Of a stretch of DNA of 19,695 nt, positions 1-12,400 are shown in pieces. Positions within the stretch are counted from its first letter, which is position 1; each line of letters starts with the position of its first letter. This stretch comes from Ginkgo biloba (taxonomy: Eukaryota; Plantae; Ginkgophyta). The translations under genes were made by a program, and so were the position numbers. The notes beneath the pieces are model-generated. The model worked only from the letters and a program-made list of their open reading frames with translations. It was not told the origin of the DNA and searched no databases. The stretch is from the NCBI GenBank assembly GCA_024626585.2, contig JANKJI020000002.1:116751826-116771520 (forward strand), read 5' to 3'.

Positions 1-1299
1 CATAGAAATTTTTAGTAGTAGAAACATACATCAACAGATAATCAAACTCACACTGCCCACCTAGAAAGTCAATAGATTGGAAGAAAATATAAGGTCATTC
101 GTTGCACTTTAAGTACTAGATAGATATGGCTAACATAGGGTGTTATTCCAATGGCAAGAAGGTCAGGGGGATGACAAAAGCATTTGACACATTAAGAGCT
201 AGAGGGATGATCAGTGATTCAGAATAAGGAATTTGAGTATTTCTATGAGCAGATGGCAGTTTGTGTTTAAATCGGGTATGAGAAAAGAAATTCCCGATAT
301 AAAACAGACTGGAGCCTCTAGGGCTAGTAAAATGCAAATATATAAAGAGAATCAGTGTGTATATAAAATGCCTCTAGAGCTAGTAATAAAGGATGCCAAC
401 CTAAAACAAAAATAAGTGGTTGAATGAAAATATGCAATTCAGCCAAAAAGGCCAAGGGCATGCCATACACTTTATGTGAAGCAAGTTCTAAAGGTTTTAA
501 CAAGCAACCAAATACACACCTTTATACTTTACTGGAAACCGCCAAGGCACTAAGATGAATATCAATCCCATTAATATGGTACACCAAACCTAGGTGTGGT
601 ATAGTCTCCTTAAAAAATTAAAAAGGAAAGAACTCTAACGGGAACACACCATAATAAACATAGTAAGTGGCATAAGGTAATAAGGTGCTATTCAAACCAA
701 CATATGGATGGAGGCTCAATATTCAATAATACTATTATGAAGGAAAGAATCATGGCATTTGCATGCATAATACAATTATGGCCATATTATTTATTTGAAT
801 TCCACACNNNNNNNNNNNNNNNNNNNNNNNNNNTAGCTTAGCTGAAGGAGTCGGACCTTAATCTCCCTATTAATATGCACCTCACAGTCATTAACACAGC
901 ATTCGTGCAAAAATTGCGAAGCCAATCTAGACTCAATGGTAAAAGCCAGTCCAATGGGAGTAGCAAAGAATTTAATTAGGCCATCCCCTAATAGCAAGAA
1001 ATCAATACTTACTATGAATCACTTAATATGAAACTGTATTAAGAAGCTCAATGTCTCCCATGGAAATAATTATAAAGATTGCAGTAAACTTATATACCCC
1101 ACCTAGACATGATACCCATGGCAATTAGGACAAACCCAACTTCTTGTTCCCCAAAAGCTAGAAAGATTATTGGAATAACCAATTAATGTATTAAAATTGA
1201 TATGATTGAGTGATGCTTACGTTTACAAGAAACTAGAATTTCTGTATGGTGATAAACCAAATGATGCTTCAAACAGATGCCTCTTTATGAATCACTCAC

Positions 1300-1660
1300 T
1301 ATGACCCTTTTATCTAACTAACGACAAACAAACTTCCTTTTAATGTATTATCCATTAACAATCCACTCCACTTTTATTTAAGTCCCTTACATGCTACCAT
1401 TTTTGAGATGCTTCAACCTCAAAGAATAACTGAAAATTATGCTTCCTCGTGTCCTCAACATAAAGTCACATATCGTGTTGGCTTGAAGGTGTTTAAATAT
1501 CCATGTCACTCGTATACTCTGCCCCTAGCATAACTGATAGAAAACTTGCTACTGGTAGTTAGTATGATAGCATTGTATTTTAACGGTTCAAGTGAATGTG
1601 CAAAGATTTTACCCTCCTAAATATTCCTCCTACTTTTGCCTAGAAATCATGAGCATGTAT
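1300..1660 (-). mobile_element. Highly decayed Ty3/Gypsy integrase C-terminal remnant
   Basis: Only fragmentary, frameshifted motifs on the minus strand: K*EEYL (cf. KWEEYL), a YN..YHT-like stretch and V.LRLK, in the expected order. Confidence 0.3.
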
Positions 1661-1684
1661 TGATATGTTGTGTAGAACTAGGTG

Positions 1685-2802
1685 TGTTGTTGTAGGCCAA
1701 AAAAGGCTGAGTCTTATCTTGGAAGTATTGAAATGAGATAAAAGAATAATAAATAAATGTTTATTGTGCTAGAGACAATAAAAGGCCATAAAGGCCTGTG
1801 AGGTATATTATGCAATCTTTGAAATAAGCATAGCCTTATGTGGGGATTAGTGTCTAATGCATTAAATGCATGAGGAAGGCATAATTACTCTCATGAAGGT
1901 TTGGGTACTCTTTCTCTCTCCAATACCTTACTCTTTTGGCATAATTTTTCTCCTCCTAGAAGTCACCATTTTTGCTTCTTTGTTGCCTTAAGCTTGGCCG
2001 AATTGTTGTCTTTTCTTTTTGGTGGCTTTTCAGAGGAAATTATTGAGGGAGAAACCCGTATTTATTGTTGTCGTTGAAGGTGCCATCACTAAGAGAATTC
2101 TTCCATCATTTGGAGTTGTTTTGACGCTAAAAGAAGTTGTAGAAGGAGGCCAAATTAAGCTTGAAGATGTCAGACTAATTATAGTAGTTGTATTGCATCA
2201 AATTTTGCATTTATATTGTATCTTAGAGGGAATAAGGTTGTTGCACTTGGGGGATCCCAAAAAGTGATGTTTTTGTTGAAGAAGACCCTTACAACCTTTG
2301 GAGAAAGCATAACACTAAGGCAAGTACCTTATAAAGGTATGTCATTTTTTATCTGTTTATATTTAATTTATGCTAATATTGTGTTGTCTGTACTTCTGTA
2401 TGGTTTAAATCTGTGTTCATGAGTTAACATGATGCTATAGGCATATATGTGCCCTAAACTGTTAGATTGGACCTTTCACATCATTGCGCCATAAGTCATA
2501 AGGTATATTCCTATATTCTAGATGTGAATCTTGCCACAATGATGATTAGGGTTGTGTGAGTATTAAACCATACCGTGTCTTGTGAATAAACATCATAGAA
2601 CCATGGGTAACCACTATGAAGATATTATCTATATAAAATCAACTATGGTTAGTACTAATAAAGTCATTGTCTATGAACACTTGTGATTTAGGGCTACATA
2701 GCTGGAGTGGGGCTAGCAACCTTAGACTTCAGGGGAAACTTTAGTGTTGTATTATGTGCTAGCAAATATAATGGGAGTTGAATATCTTAACTAACTGATA
2801 TT
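1685..2802. mobile_element. Probable LTR / non-coding retrotransposon sequence
   Basis: Begins TGTTGTTGTA, non-coding, CG-poor, lies among other TE relics. No partner LTR, PBS or TSD found, so boundaries are approximate. Confidence 0.3.
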
Positions 2803-4148
2803 NNNNNNNNNNNNNNNNNNNNNNNNNNNNNNNNNNNNNNNNNNNNNNNNNNNNNNNNNNNNNNNNNNNNNNNNNNNNNNNNNNNNNNNNNNNNNNNNNN
2901 NNCACAAAAGAAGAAAGAATAACAGATGTTTGCATGAAGCATTACATGAGCATTACAAGCATTACTTCAGCATTAAATTAGAACATGAAGCTAAAGTGCC
3001 TAAGTCTAATAACTAATTGACCATTATTATTCTAATAGGAACAAGTAGTCATATTCTTGACACCAAACTTGATCTTAACAAATCCTAGACATTGAAAGAA
3101 ATCATAGACTCTAAATCTAATTCGACTAGCCTTTTTCACTCACAATTAGATTACTGCATACTTCAGTTTTACAAGCTCAAGGAAAAATGTACTTTTACCT
3201 AGTAACAATGTCAAAATTATGCCTCAATTCAAATAAATGAATAATTTGCCCTCCTTTTACATGTACTCTATATATCTTATAACCAATAGCATTGAGGGAG
3301 AAGAGAACACATTTTACCAGAAATTCTAGAAACACTATCTAACCAAAGTAATAATGTCAAGGTACATTGAAGCCAATCAATCTTCTTATTAATCTAATTC
3401 AAAAATCTTTGAGGCCAAAAATTGAAGTTTCCATAAATGAGTTCAAATATTGCAAACCATAAAATTGCAAAAATTAGGAGATTGACTAGAACCTTGTAAC
3501 TAAGAAATTCTAAGCCTTATAATAAAACAACCTTAATGTGAAGCCAATTGCGTATCAAGGTAAGAACTAAAAGACATCCACATTATACTTCTACACATTT
3601 ATGTAAACCACCAAGGCTAACTATAAATGGCAATACTTTCACACAACCAATATTGTTCATGATTATGAATGATCACAAAAAATTTACAACTTCAAAAAAG
3701 CAATGAAGTCAACATTATCAATAGACATGTTATGGATGCTCCTGGGTTTCAAAAACATGAAGCACTGTAGTTCATCCTTCCCAAGAGGCAATGTAGTTTA
3801 GCATATACAATAACAACAAAACTTTTCTAGCCTAACATTCGATGTCATTGTCATGGAAGTGGTTCATCATCAATGTCAAGGTTGAATGGTGCATTGAAAT
3901 GAATAGGGGCAAGAGGAAGAAAAATTGACTTAAAGACAATTTATTTCTTCCAATTCTAACTCAAAAGATTATGCTTAGAAAATTAAAATCGTACACATGA
4001 TTGCATATTCAAAATTATTAAATATATAACAAGGGTATAAAGGGAGTTACGACCTAATCAACGATTATGTACCATGGAAGATATGAACAAAATGTACTAA
4101 GAACAATACAAATTAAAATGAAAAGGGAAAAATAGGAGTGTGTCTTGC

Positions 4149-4262
4149 CTCATCTCCATCTCGCATAAGAGATCGTACTAATGTTGGTGCTGTATAAAAA
4201 ATAGTAACCTTGTATTTGTCGACAATTTCCCAACAACGTCCAGCATCAGGATAGGTTGGTAC
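4149..4262 (-). CDS. ACS: Acetyl-CoA synthetase internal exon (phase 0/0, 114 nt), GC donor
   Basis: Translation [38 protein letters not shown], with the ACS motifs GRCW.IVDKYKV and FYTAPT. Acceptor gtgtag|GTA; similarity ends at GAG|gcaaga; 38 codons, no stops. Confidence 0.95.
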
Positions 4263-4439
4263 CTACACATGAAAATGGTCATTCTTTCTTAGCAAGTTCA
4301 TGAGATTCCCATTACTTCCTTAATTATTAAATGCATTTGATTTAGACTAAACGTGAAATATGCATGCTCCCAACAATGTAAACCAAATACATAATGTAGA
4401 ACACAGTTTCAAACAATATTTGATTACTTGATTTTTTTG

Positions 4440-4925
4440 TTAGATCCATAGTTACCTTGTCTTTGGTCATAATATGTTCAAGGTACTCTAGACTTTATTT
4501 TTCAAATATGTATTTGGACTCCTTTGCAAGTAAGCTATGTTTTTTAAGTATTTCAAGCTCTTTGTCTAAGTGACCAATTTGTTCATTCCATTCCACATTA
4601 TAAATAAGTATACCATCTAAAAAATATAAGAATAAATTTACATACTATTTTTACAACATTTTGTTCATGAGCCCCTAATATGTTGGCAGTACATATTAAA
4701 TAAACCAAACTACCTCACTCAAAATTTAGAATTATGAGTATTTTGATATATTTTGAATTTTATATTATTCCTATTCTCTATCTAAATAAGAATTTGAAAA
4801 TACTAATATTTCAAGTCTATTTTAGAGAAATAGCATGCATTGTTGAGTTTGTCTAATATGTCATCTATTCATGACATTGGGAACTTAGTTTTTAGTGTAA
4901 TCTTATTTACTGACCAATAATGCAT
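4440..4925 (-). mobile_element. Decayed Ty3/Gypsy reverse transcriptase fragment
   Basis: Minus-strand translation HYWSVNKITLKTKFPMS*IDDILDKLNNACYFSKIDLK (cf. DYRALNK.T.KNKFP.PRIDDLLD.L.GA.YFSKIDL). Further on, FILIFLDGILIY..WNEQIGHLDKELEILKKHSLLAKESK (degenerate F.DDILIY catalytic motif). Stops and frameshifts present. Confidence 0.88.
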
Positions 4926-5025
4926 NNNNNNNNNNNNNNNNNNNNNNNNNNNNNNNNNNNNNNNNNNNNNNNNNNNNNNNNNNNNNNNNNNNNNNNNNNN
5001 NNNNNNNNNNNNNNNNNNNNNNNNN

Positions 5026-5354
5026 TGTATCACTAAACCCCAATGAATTGTTACAAAGAATTAAAGATATAAGATAAATGCATGAAGGCATTTTTACCTT
5101 GTATTCTCCCAATTGAATCTCCTTTTTATCATTTGATTGGAAAGAGAGATGATTTGAATATGAGGCTAGTAATAGTGGAGTTGGTCCTTATTGCATGAGT
5201 ATTGTGGTTAAATCAAATGCCTCTACAACATCTACTAAAGTGGTCTTCTAGAGATTACTAGAAAGTACTCCTTCCTTCTTAGTGAGAATGTAAACCTATG
5301 ACAATGCCAGAGGATGGTGCTTAGCCTCTATGTTATGGGAGATGATGTGCTCTA
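5026..5354. mobile_element. LTR-terminus-like fragment
   Basis: Contig starts TGTATCAC (TG terminus), non-coding, bounded by gaps. Confidence 0.3.
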
Positions 5355-6419
5355 NNNNNNNNNNNNNNNNNNNNNNNNNNNNNNNNNNNNNNNNNNNNNN
5401 NNNNNNNNNNNNNNNNNNNNNNNNNNNNNNNNNNNNNNNNNNNNNNNNNNNNNNNNNGCCCTCATTCAACATATCTTTAATCTTCTTCTATTTGTGATGT
5501 ATGGATGGAATTGGGACCATGGGTATGGCCCATTGTCATAGTAGTTGAGTCTCCTTTAGCACTTCATGCTCTAAATTCTTTGGCCCATGAGGCATGTTCA
5601 ATTGTAAGTGTCTCTACCTTAGACATTATGTCTACTTTCTGAGGATAAGACTCAATGAACAATGAGCACCATCATGATGGCAAGGGTTGATCCCCTGGGA
5701 CCATCATTAAAATGTCCTACTAACCTTNNNNNNNNNNNNNNATCCATAGATGTAGGAAATAGGGGATATAGTATAGATAGCTAGTGGCGTTATAGTACAC
5801 ACAACAAGTATAATAGGACCATGTGATTGGATTGAGTGATCATAACTCTTGTGCTTTAAATTCAGAAAAAATGTCAAACATTACTAGTAGACATGCAACA
5901 ACTTAGCTACCTATGACCTATAAATAAGAACCTCAACAAGAAGGCATTAGCATTCTAAATCCTCAGCACAATCAAGTAAGTAGATAAGGCTACTAATCTA
6001 GGAAAATGTGAAATAAGGAGAAAGCATCCATTGTAGGGCTTAGGTATAACCTTAAGGCTTATCTCCTTGGCAACCAAATCTCAAATTGCATCCCTGCACA
6101 ACTATCAATGCCAAGTAGCTATGATTGCTATACTAGCCTCCATCCCTTCACCCAACATCAATAAGAGTGAAAGGCTCTAGGTATCTTTCAATCCCTCTTT
6201 TGCACTTCAAACACTTCCTAAGCTCTAAAACATTTCAACCGTATATCTCAAGGAGGTTCTCCCTTAGCTACCATTATTATAATGTTACAGGGTAGAAAAG
6301 CCAAGTATGCATATGCCTCNNNNNNNNNNNNNNNNNNNNNNNNNNNNNNNNNNNNNNNNNNNNNNNNNNNNNNNNNNNNNNNNNNNNNNNNNNNNNNNNN
6401 NNNNNNNNNNNNNNNNNNN

Positions 6420-7144
6420 CCTATAGCATGCATTTTGCAAAAGGGCTACTAATAGTAGGGTAGGTTAAATTACCCCAAGAGTACTTCTCTTGTCTACCAG
6501 TCTACAGTTATTGATGATGCTTTAGGGTTTCATAGCTATTGGTGTAGTTATGGAATGGATGGCTATGGGTTTAGCCTTGACCATAGTCTGGGTGTAAAGA
6601 CGCCATGGTAGTTGTACCAATAGACTCTCTGGTTAGGGCCTATTGGTGTAGTCCCTAAGGTTACTTCCAGAAACCATGCTGTCAGTTAGGGGAAAGATAC
6701 TGGACAGTTGTCCGAGGAGTTATCTTAATGNNNNNNNNNNNNNNNNNNNNNNNNNNNNNNNNNNNNNNNNNNNNNNNNNNNNNNNNNNNNNNNNNNNNNN
6801 NNNTCGTTAATAGCCACTAGAGGTTGACATTGCATTTATGCGCCAAAGGTTTGGCTGCCTGCATAGAAGAGCCCCTTAGGCAGTACCCACGACCAACAGT
6901 AGGTGATTATGTTCCTTACCACAGTATTAACAGTCCATATCCTACTAACCTGCCTAATAGACTAATAGCTAATATAAATAAATATTTATGTTTGTTAATT
7001 ATATTTTGTCAATGCACATTAAATACGACAATTTAGCTTCTCAGTTGTGTGACTAAGTTGCCTCACTTAGATTTTCATTTCTAGATATTAATGCTTGTGC
7101 TTCAATCTTGTTTCTTTGCAAGAGTAGGAGACCAGGTTGTTACA
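6420..7144 (+). mobile_element. LTR-like segment ending GGTTGTTACA
   Basis: Non-coding block ending in a canonical ..TTACA LTR terminus at 7144; no PBS recognised after it (solo or 3' LTR). The 5' end is not identified. Confidence 0.45.
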
Positions 7145-7261
7145 TATAAGCACTGGTAGATTTTCATATAATCAAATACAAGCATTCTCAATCTCGAGTA
7201 TCCTTGCAACCTTATATAAATCCGCATGCATATCCTTTCAATGCCAGAGAGTCTTGAAAGC

Positions 7262-7850
7262 TCCACACAAGCCAAATAACAATGAAATTATCTAAAAGGT
7301 ACCTCCTTCAATGGATCTACTTGGCTTAAGGCTAGCAATCAATGCCAACAAACTTTGGATTGTCCTAGCCATGGACTTAATCCATAAAAACATTGAGAAG
7401 AGTAATGGGCCTTCAAATAGATGTAGAGATAGGATCTTCGTGCCTAAGAATCAATTTGACATTTCCCTAGCTGATAATTGGTCCTTGGGTACCAACCTTA
7501 ATGGCTTCTTGGTAAACATTGAAAAGATCGGGACTAACAAAATCCTAAGTGGTATTGTAAAACTCAAAAAGAAAACCATCAAGGCCAAGGGTATTTTCAT
7601 CTACCATATCCATGAGGGCATCCTTCAAGTCTTGCAAGGAAGGGGCTTATCACAAGCTAGTTTGTGTGCATAGTTAACCATGATTGGAGCAATCTCTTGG
7701 CAAGCCTAGATAGCTCTTGTTCTCTCCTCTGCCATACCTTAGCAGTGAAAGGACTTAGTGCAATGACTAGCAAAAGCTTTGACAATGGCAAGTCGTCATG
7801 TAACTCTACCATCCTTTGTCTTAATAACATGGATCTAGTGTTTCATGGTT
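7262..7850 (-). mobile_element. Decayed L1-like LINE ORF2 fragment (pre-RT linker and start of RT)
   Basis: Translation LQDLKDALMDMVDENTLGLDGFLFEFYNTT*DFVSPDLFNVYQEAI...GNVKLILRHEDP....*RPITLLNV...RYLLDNFIVIW matches the LINE motifs K.PGPDGF..EFY...W, WRPITLLN and GR.ILDN. Confidence 0.9.
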
Positions 7851-8661
7851 TTTCTTTTATAAAGGATTGTTCTTTTCCTTTTATTAGAAGACTTGTTTTC
7901 ATTATAAAACCTACTTCCTTTATATTTACAACTCCGTCTAAATTAAGATGATGCTCTAACTCTTTTCCGTTATTCTTGGGGATTCCTTCCACTACTCTAT
8001 TAAATTATTTTAGATCGTCTACTCTTGGTTTGCTTTCATATATCTTGAATATTATTTTTATACGTTATATTTCATTACTAAAGTTTATAACATTTTTTTA
8101 GGTTAATTAATGAGATTTAATGCATTAGGGAAACCATGTTAATTATCATATATTTTTTCAATTACTATTACATATCAAACTTTATGGATGAAGATTACAA
8201 ACTAATATATTTTGCTCATGACAGTGTATACTTGTAAAAATATATATGGCATGTAATCATTTTTTCTAAATATATAAAGTACATCATTTAAACATACATA
8301 AGAGTATCATGAATGGGAATTGTATATAATTTGGGGAATTTTCTAAAGAACAATTCCTAAAAATTTAATGTGAAGGCCTTTAATAAATTATCTTTTTTTT
8401 AGTATCAGTAATATTATAACCAACAATATGTTATAAATTAGCATTAATAAACTCTTAAAATATATAGCCCCATTGAAGAACCATTGAGACTTTTACTTTT
8501 AGCATACTTCGTAAATCTCTTAAGCAAAAGAACTTTGCATTCAATCTNNNNNNNNNNNNNNNNNNNNNNNNNNNNNNNNNNNNNNNNNNNNNNNNNNNNN
8601 NNNNNNNNNNNNNNNNNNNNNNNNNNNNNNNNNNNNNNNNNNNNNNNNNNNNNNNNNNNNN

Positions 8662-8902
8662 ATACAATAAGATCAAGTGAGACTTCATTCTCTTTACATT
8701 AAATGCTTTAGGGTTTTAAGAATACTTTCAGAGGATGTTAGAGCTCTTTTTGTTGATGGTTCAACTTATCACAATAAATGGCATCACATTTATTCATTTT
8801 AGACTTCATAAATCAATTATAAAGGTTGCCCACTAGCCTCGATAATTTATGTTATAATAATAGATGGGTTATCTCATTAAGTATCAAGTTAATGTTGGAT
8901 TT
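8662..8902 (+). mobile_element. Decayed L1-like LINE RT fragment (AYD..W to QGCPL)
   Basis: YNKIK*DFILFTLNALGF (cf. AYDRIEW.FI...L..LGF), ITING, and KGCPLASIIYVI at 8821-8856 (cf. RQGCPLAP.LYV). Frameshifted. Confidence 0.82.
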
Positions 8903-9493
8903 NNNNNNNNNNNNNNNNNNNNNNNNNNNNNNNNNNNNNNNNNNNNNNNNNNNNNNNNNNNNNNNNNNNNNNNNNNNNNNNNNNNNNNNNNNNNNNNNNN
9001 NNCCCTCTGAACTCATTCTTATCATGAAATTTACCCCATAATCTTCCCAAGATAGGCATCATCCCCATACAACTTGTTCCTAATACTAGCAAACATAAAA
9101 TCCATATAGGGATGAACGCAACGTAAGAATAATTTATGGCCATGGATGCAATTGATGTTTCCTCCCTGGACTCTTTAGAGCAGAAAGTAATCTCTCTTAG
9201 GTTAGGAAAGAAGATTCTTTCTAGAAAACGTAAACACTCTGTTGTTATTCAAGAAATGAAGGATAATATTGAAGATATAGGAGAAAATAGTAGACTTCCA
9301 AAGGTACATCTAGGGAAGAAGAAAGAAAAGAAGGTGTTAGATCAAAGAAGAAAATTATAAACCCATTCTAAGGATTTTTGGAAATAATAGAATGATAACA
9401 AAGAGAATTCGATTGAAGAAACATTCCATAGAATTTCTAGTCCTTGATCAACTAAAAAGGATACTAGATAGGTGGCCACTAGTATGGGGAATA

Positions 9494-12400
9494 TGTAAGG
9501 AGACTCTGATCAAATTCCTAGTCCCTTGGGGACTAGGAAGGACTCAAGTCTAGAGGTAAATGATAATGAGGATAGAAGTGAAGGAGTTGAGAATACTCTT
9601 AATCAATGGAGTATGGATCTTATGCAAGCAGACTTGGCTTTCCTTCATATACTAATTTTGGCTACTTGGACAAGAACAATATTTTTTTTTTGCAAGGCTT
9701 CATTAAAAGCACAGGCTTCCAAGCCTTACTTGGCTAAGGATTGATCTTTGGATATAGCTCTATCAACCTTTCTTCTAATGGTTGCAAGTTGCTTATAAAA
9801 ACCTCTCAAATAGGAGGTTGTTCTCAAAATGGCTTAGACCACCATTCAAGCCACATTTGGTTCAAGAACCATGATCCAAACTCTCTTTCTCCTGGTTCTC
9901 TGGGGTGGGCAGTGAGCCACTAGACGCTTCCTTAGGAAGGTGATGTTGAGCACCTAGAAGGAGCTTATGGTGGATGTGTGGTAACTCATGGAAGATGTGA
10001 ATTATTATGGTTGAAATGCTCTGAGTGGCGTCTTTGACCTGCTTGAGCTCCTTCTACATTTCCTTGACAGATATGTCTAAGATAGAAATGCTGGCTTCGA
10101 GTGACCACGTCATTTCTTTGGCCGTCAAGTAGGTCTCCCACCAATTAACATGATTGGGGGAGGGTTGTACATCCCTTCTCTTCTCAGTGTTGTTCTTCCC
10201 TACTTGTGGATCTATGGTGATTTTGATTCCTTTTGTGACTCTCCCCAGAGTGTGCACCCCGAATTTAATCTCATTCCCATTGGTGTCACCTACCTATCAA
10301 GATAGTCTCTATGTGTCCAATTGAATATATTCTCAAAAGTAGGATCACTTTCTTTGGATCAGACAAGGAACTACTATGACAGGGAGGTAGACCATTCCCC
10401 AAGTAGGGGTGATTGCTCCTTGATTCACTTGAGGACCGACCCATGTGCCAATTGCATAGAGGGCTTCTGCCAAGATGTCTTCTCAGATGTGATGGAGGGG
10501 GGGGAGATGGGCACAAGGAAGCTCTTCCTACAACTGCATAAGGGAGTCATATGGAAGGACCTTTCCCTTTGTCCCCGGTTGCCCAGAATTTGTCATAGTT
10601 TGCATCAATTCAGGAGGTGTTAATGACCGACTCTTTGATCCAGGATGCTACCCTTGACACTATCCTAGTGTGCTCAATTAGGACAAAACTTAATAATTAT
10701 TTAACACATTGTGCCCTCTCAGCTTTCCTTTCCATCCCAATGACGAACTTGTGGAGGGTCTGATTGCCCTGCTCCTCTACGGATGCTAATTATTTCAAAA
10801 AATTGATTGACGAACTCCCCTAGGGTGGCGTCAAACTCCATTTATGTGTACAGGGAATTATCAGGCTTAACCATTGGGGGAAGCCCCATGTTATTGAACA
10901 ATGCTTAGATGTTATGTAAGGATGCTTTCANNNNNNNNNNNNNNNNNNNNNNNNNNCGCCACCTTCCAACACCCACTTGGTCTTGGCTAGATATTCTCGC
11001 ATGTAACCACCTCATCCAATCCAAACAACAATATGTTGGGTAACAAATTCTTGTGAGCAACATTCCCTAATGTGGCCAATTTGTCTTCCCATTTCTCTAT
11101 TTGATCCAACAAGCCTCAAATCTGGTAGTTGGTCTCCTTGCCTTTGGCCCTGGCTTCCTTGACCTACACAAAGGACCTATATAAGTCCTTAAGAGATCCC
11201 CCTATCTCTATGACCATGAAGGGTGGGACCAAGATCATATCTTGGGCCTATGATAGCTCCATTTGCATTCTTTCTACAGGCTCCTCAGACATCTTGTTGA
11301 CTGATTGGACTATGGACACAAGGTTAACCACCAATTCCCTATCATCCATGCTTGTGCCCCTACCTACTCTCCCTCTCTTTCAAGTCAGGAATAGTAAATT
11401 TTCCTTGGTCTGGAGGGTAATGACCTACTCTCCCATTTTGATCTTCCTCCTGGTGACTTTCTTTAAGATATTAGTGGCTCTATCATACTCCAGCGTCACC
11501 TTGGGAGGCTTAGCAATAGTCGAGCCCACTTCCTTAGCCGTGGCTAATTACATCTAAACCCATTGTAACTTTCTTACCATTTGGGATGAAGGGGTGGCAT
11601 ATGTGGTGCCCTCTAGCTGAGAGAAATCTACAGGTTCCATGGGGGATGCCATCTTAAGCTCTTTGGTGGGGAGTGAGGAACCTAGGAGATGGGTTAGAGC
11701 TAAATTCTTTAGGATGGGGCCAAACCCAAGGATGATCATAGCGACAGTGGCCCCTAATGCAGGTAAAGGACTAATGAATATAGGAGCAAGAATTATCAAT
11801 TTAGGGGTTCCCCAAGGGCCTAACCTGAGAGAGAGTGGTGGCAGGAGATGAATACCTCTAGATAGGTTTAGGGGAGTCATAGTTGATGTGTCTTTTCTTA
11901 TAGAAGAGTCTTCCCCTATGGTGACTATTCCAAGTGACTAAGGCGAAAGAAAAGTGGAAGGAGTAGTGTAAGAGACGGTAGAAGGTCGAGAGAATGTGGA
12001 TAAGACTATGATCACGATGGTGGTGGTAATTAGGCTAATTATAGAGGGGGTCNNNNNNNNNNNNNNNNNNNNNNNNNNNNNNNNNNNNNNNNNNNNNNNN
12101 NNNNNNNNNNNNNNNNNNNNNNNNNNNNNNNNNNNNNNNNNNNNNNNNNNNNNNNNNNNNNNNNNNNNNNNNNNNNTTAACAACTGTCACATTAGCACTT
12201 CATCCATTTCCTCAAAATCCTCTTCTCTGTTCTATGCCTCCTAGGCTATCCTAATCCTTTCCTCGACATCTTCCCAATTAGCCATACATAAGTTAAAGAT
12301 ATCTTCATCCTCTAAGGGCTAGTGCTGGTAGTATACATTCACCTTATCCTGGAAGGATGCCAGGTGCCTCTATACTCTGCCAAAGGGATCCCAATGCCTC

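Noticed and set aside
314-386. 17-bp near-identical direct repeat GCCTCTAG(G/A)GCTAGTAA
   Set aside because: A single small local duplication with no further structure.
2938-2975. AGCATTA(C) x4 short repeat
   Set aside because: Low-complexity slippage repeat in LTR-like DNA; not CRISPR-like (units and spacers far too short).
7311-7951. Plus-strand ORFs of 120 aa and 95 aa
   Set aside because: Shadows of the minus-strand LINE ORF2, which carries the real motifs.
9136-9360. 74-aa Lys-rich plus-strand ORF
   Set aside because: Composition is explained by purine-rich sequence; no recognisable motif or splice structure.
11129-11851. Plus-strand ORFs of 142 aa and 70 aa (also 10321-10623 and 9741-9923)
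   Set aside because: Antisense shadows of the decayed minus-strand coding frames; no independent protein features.
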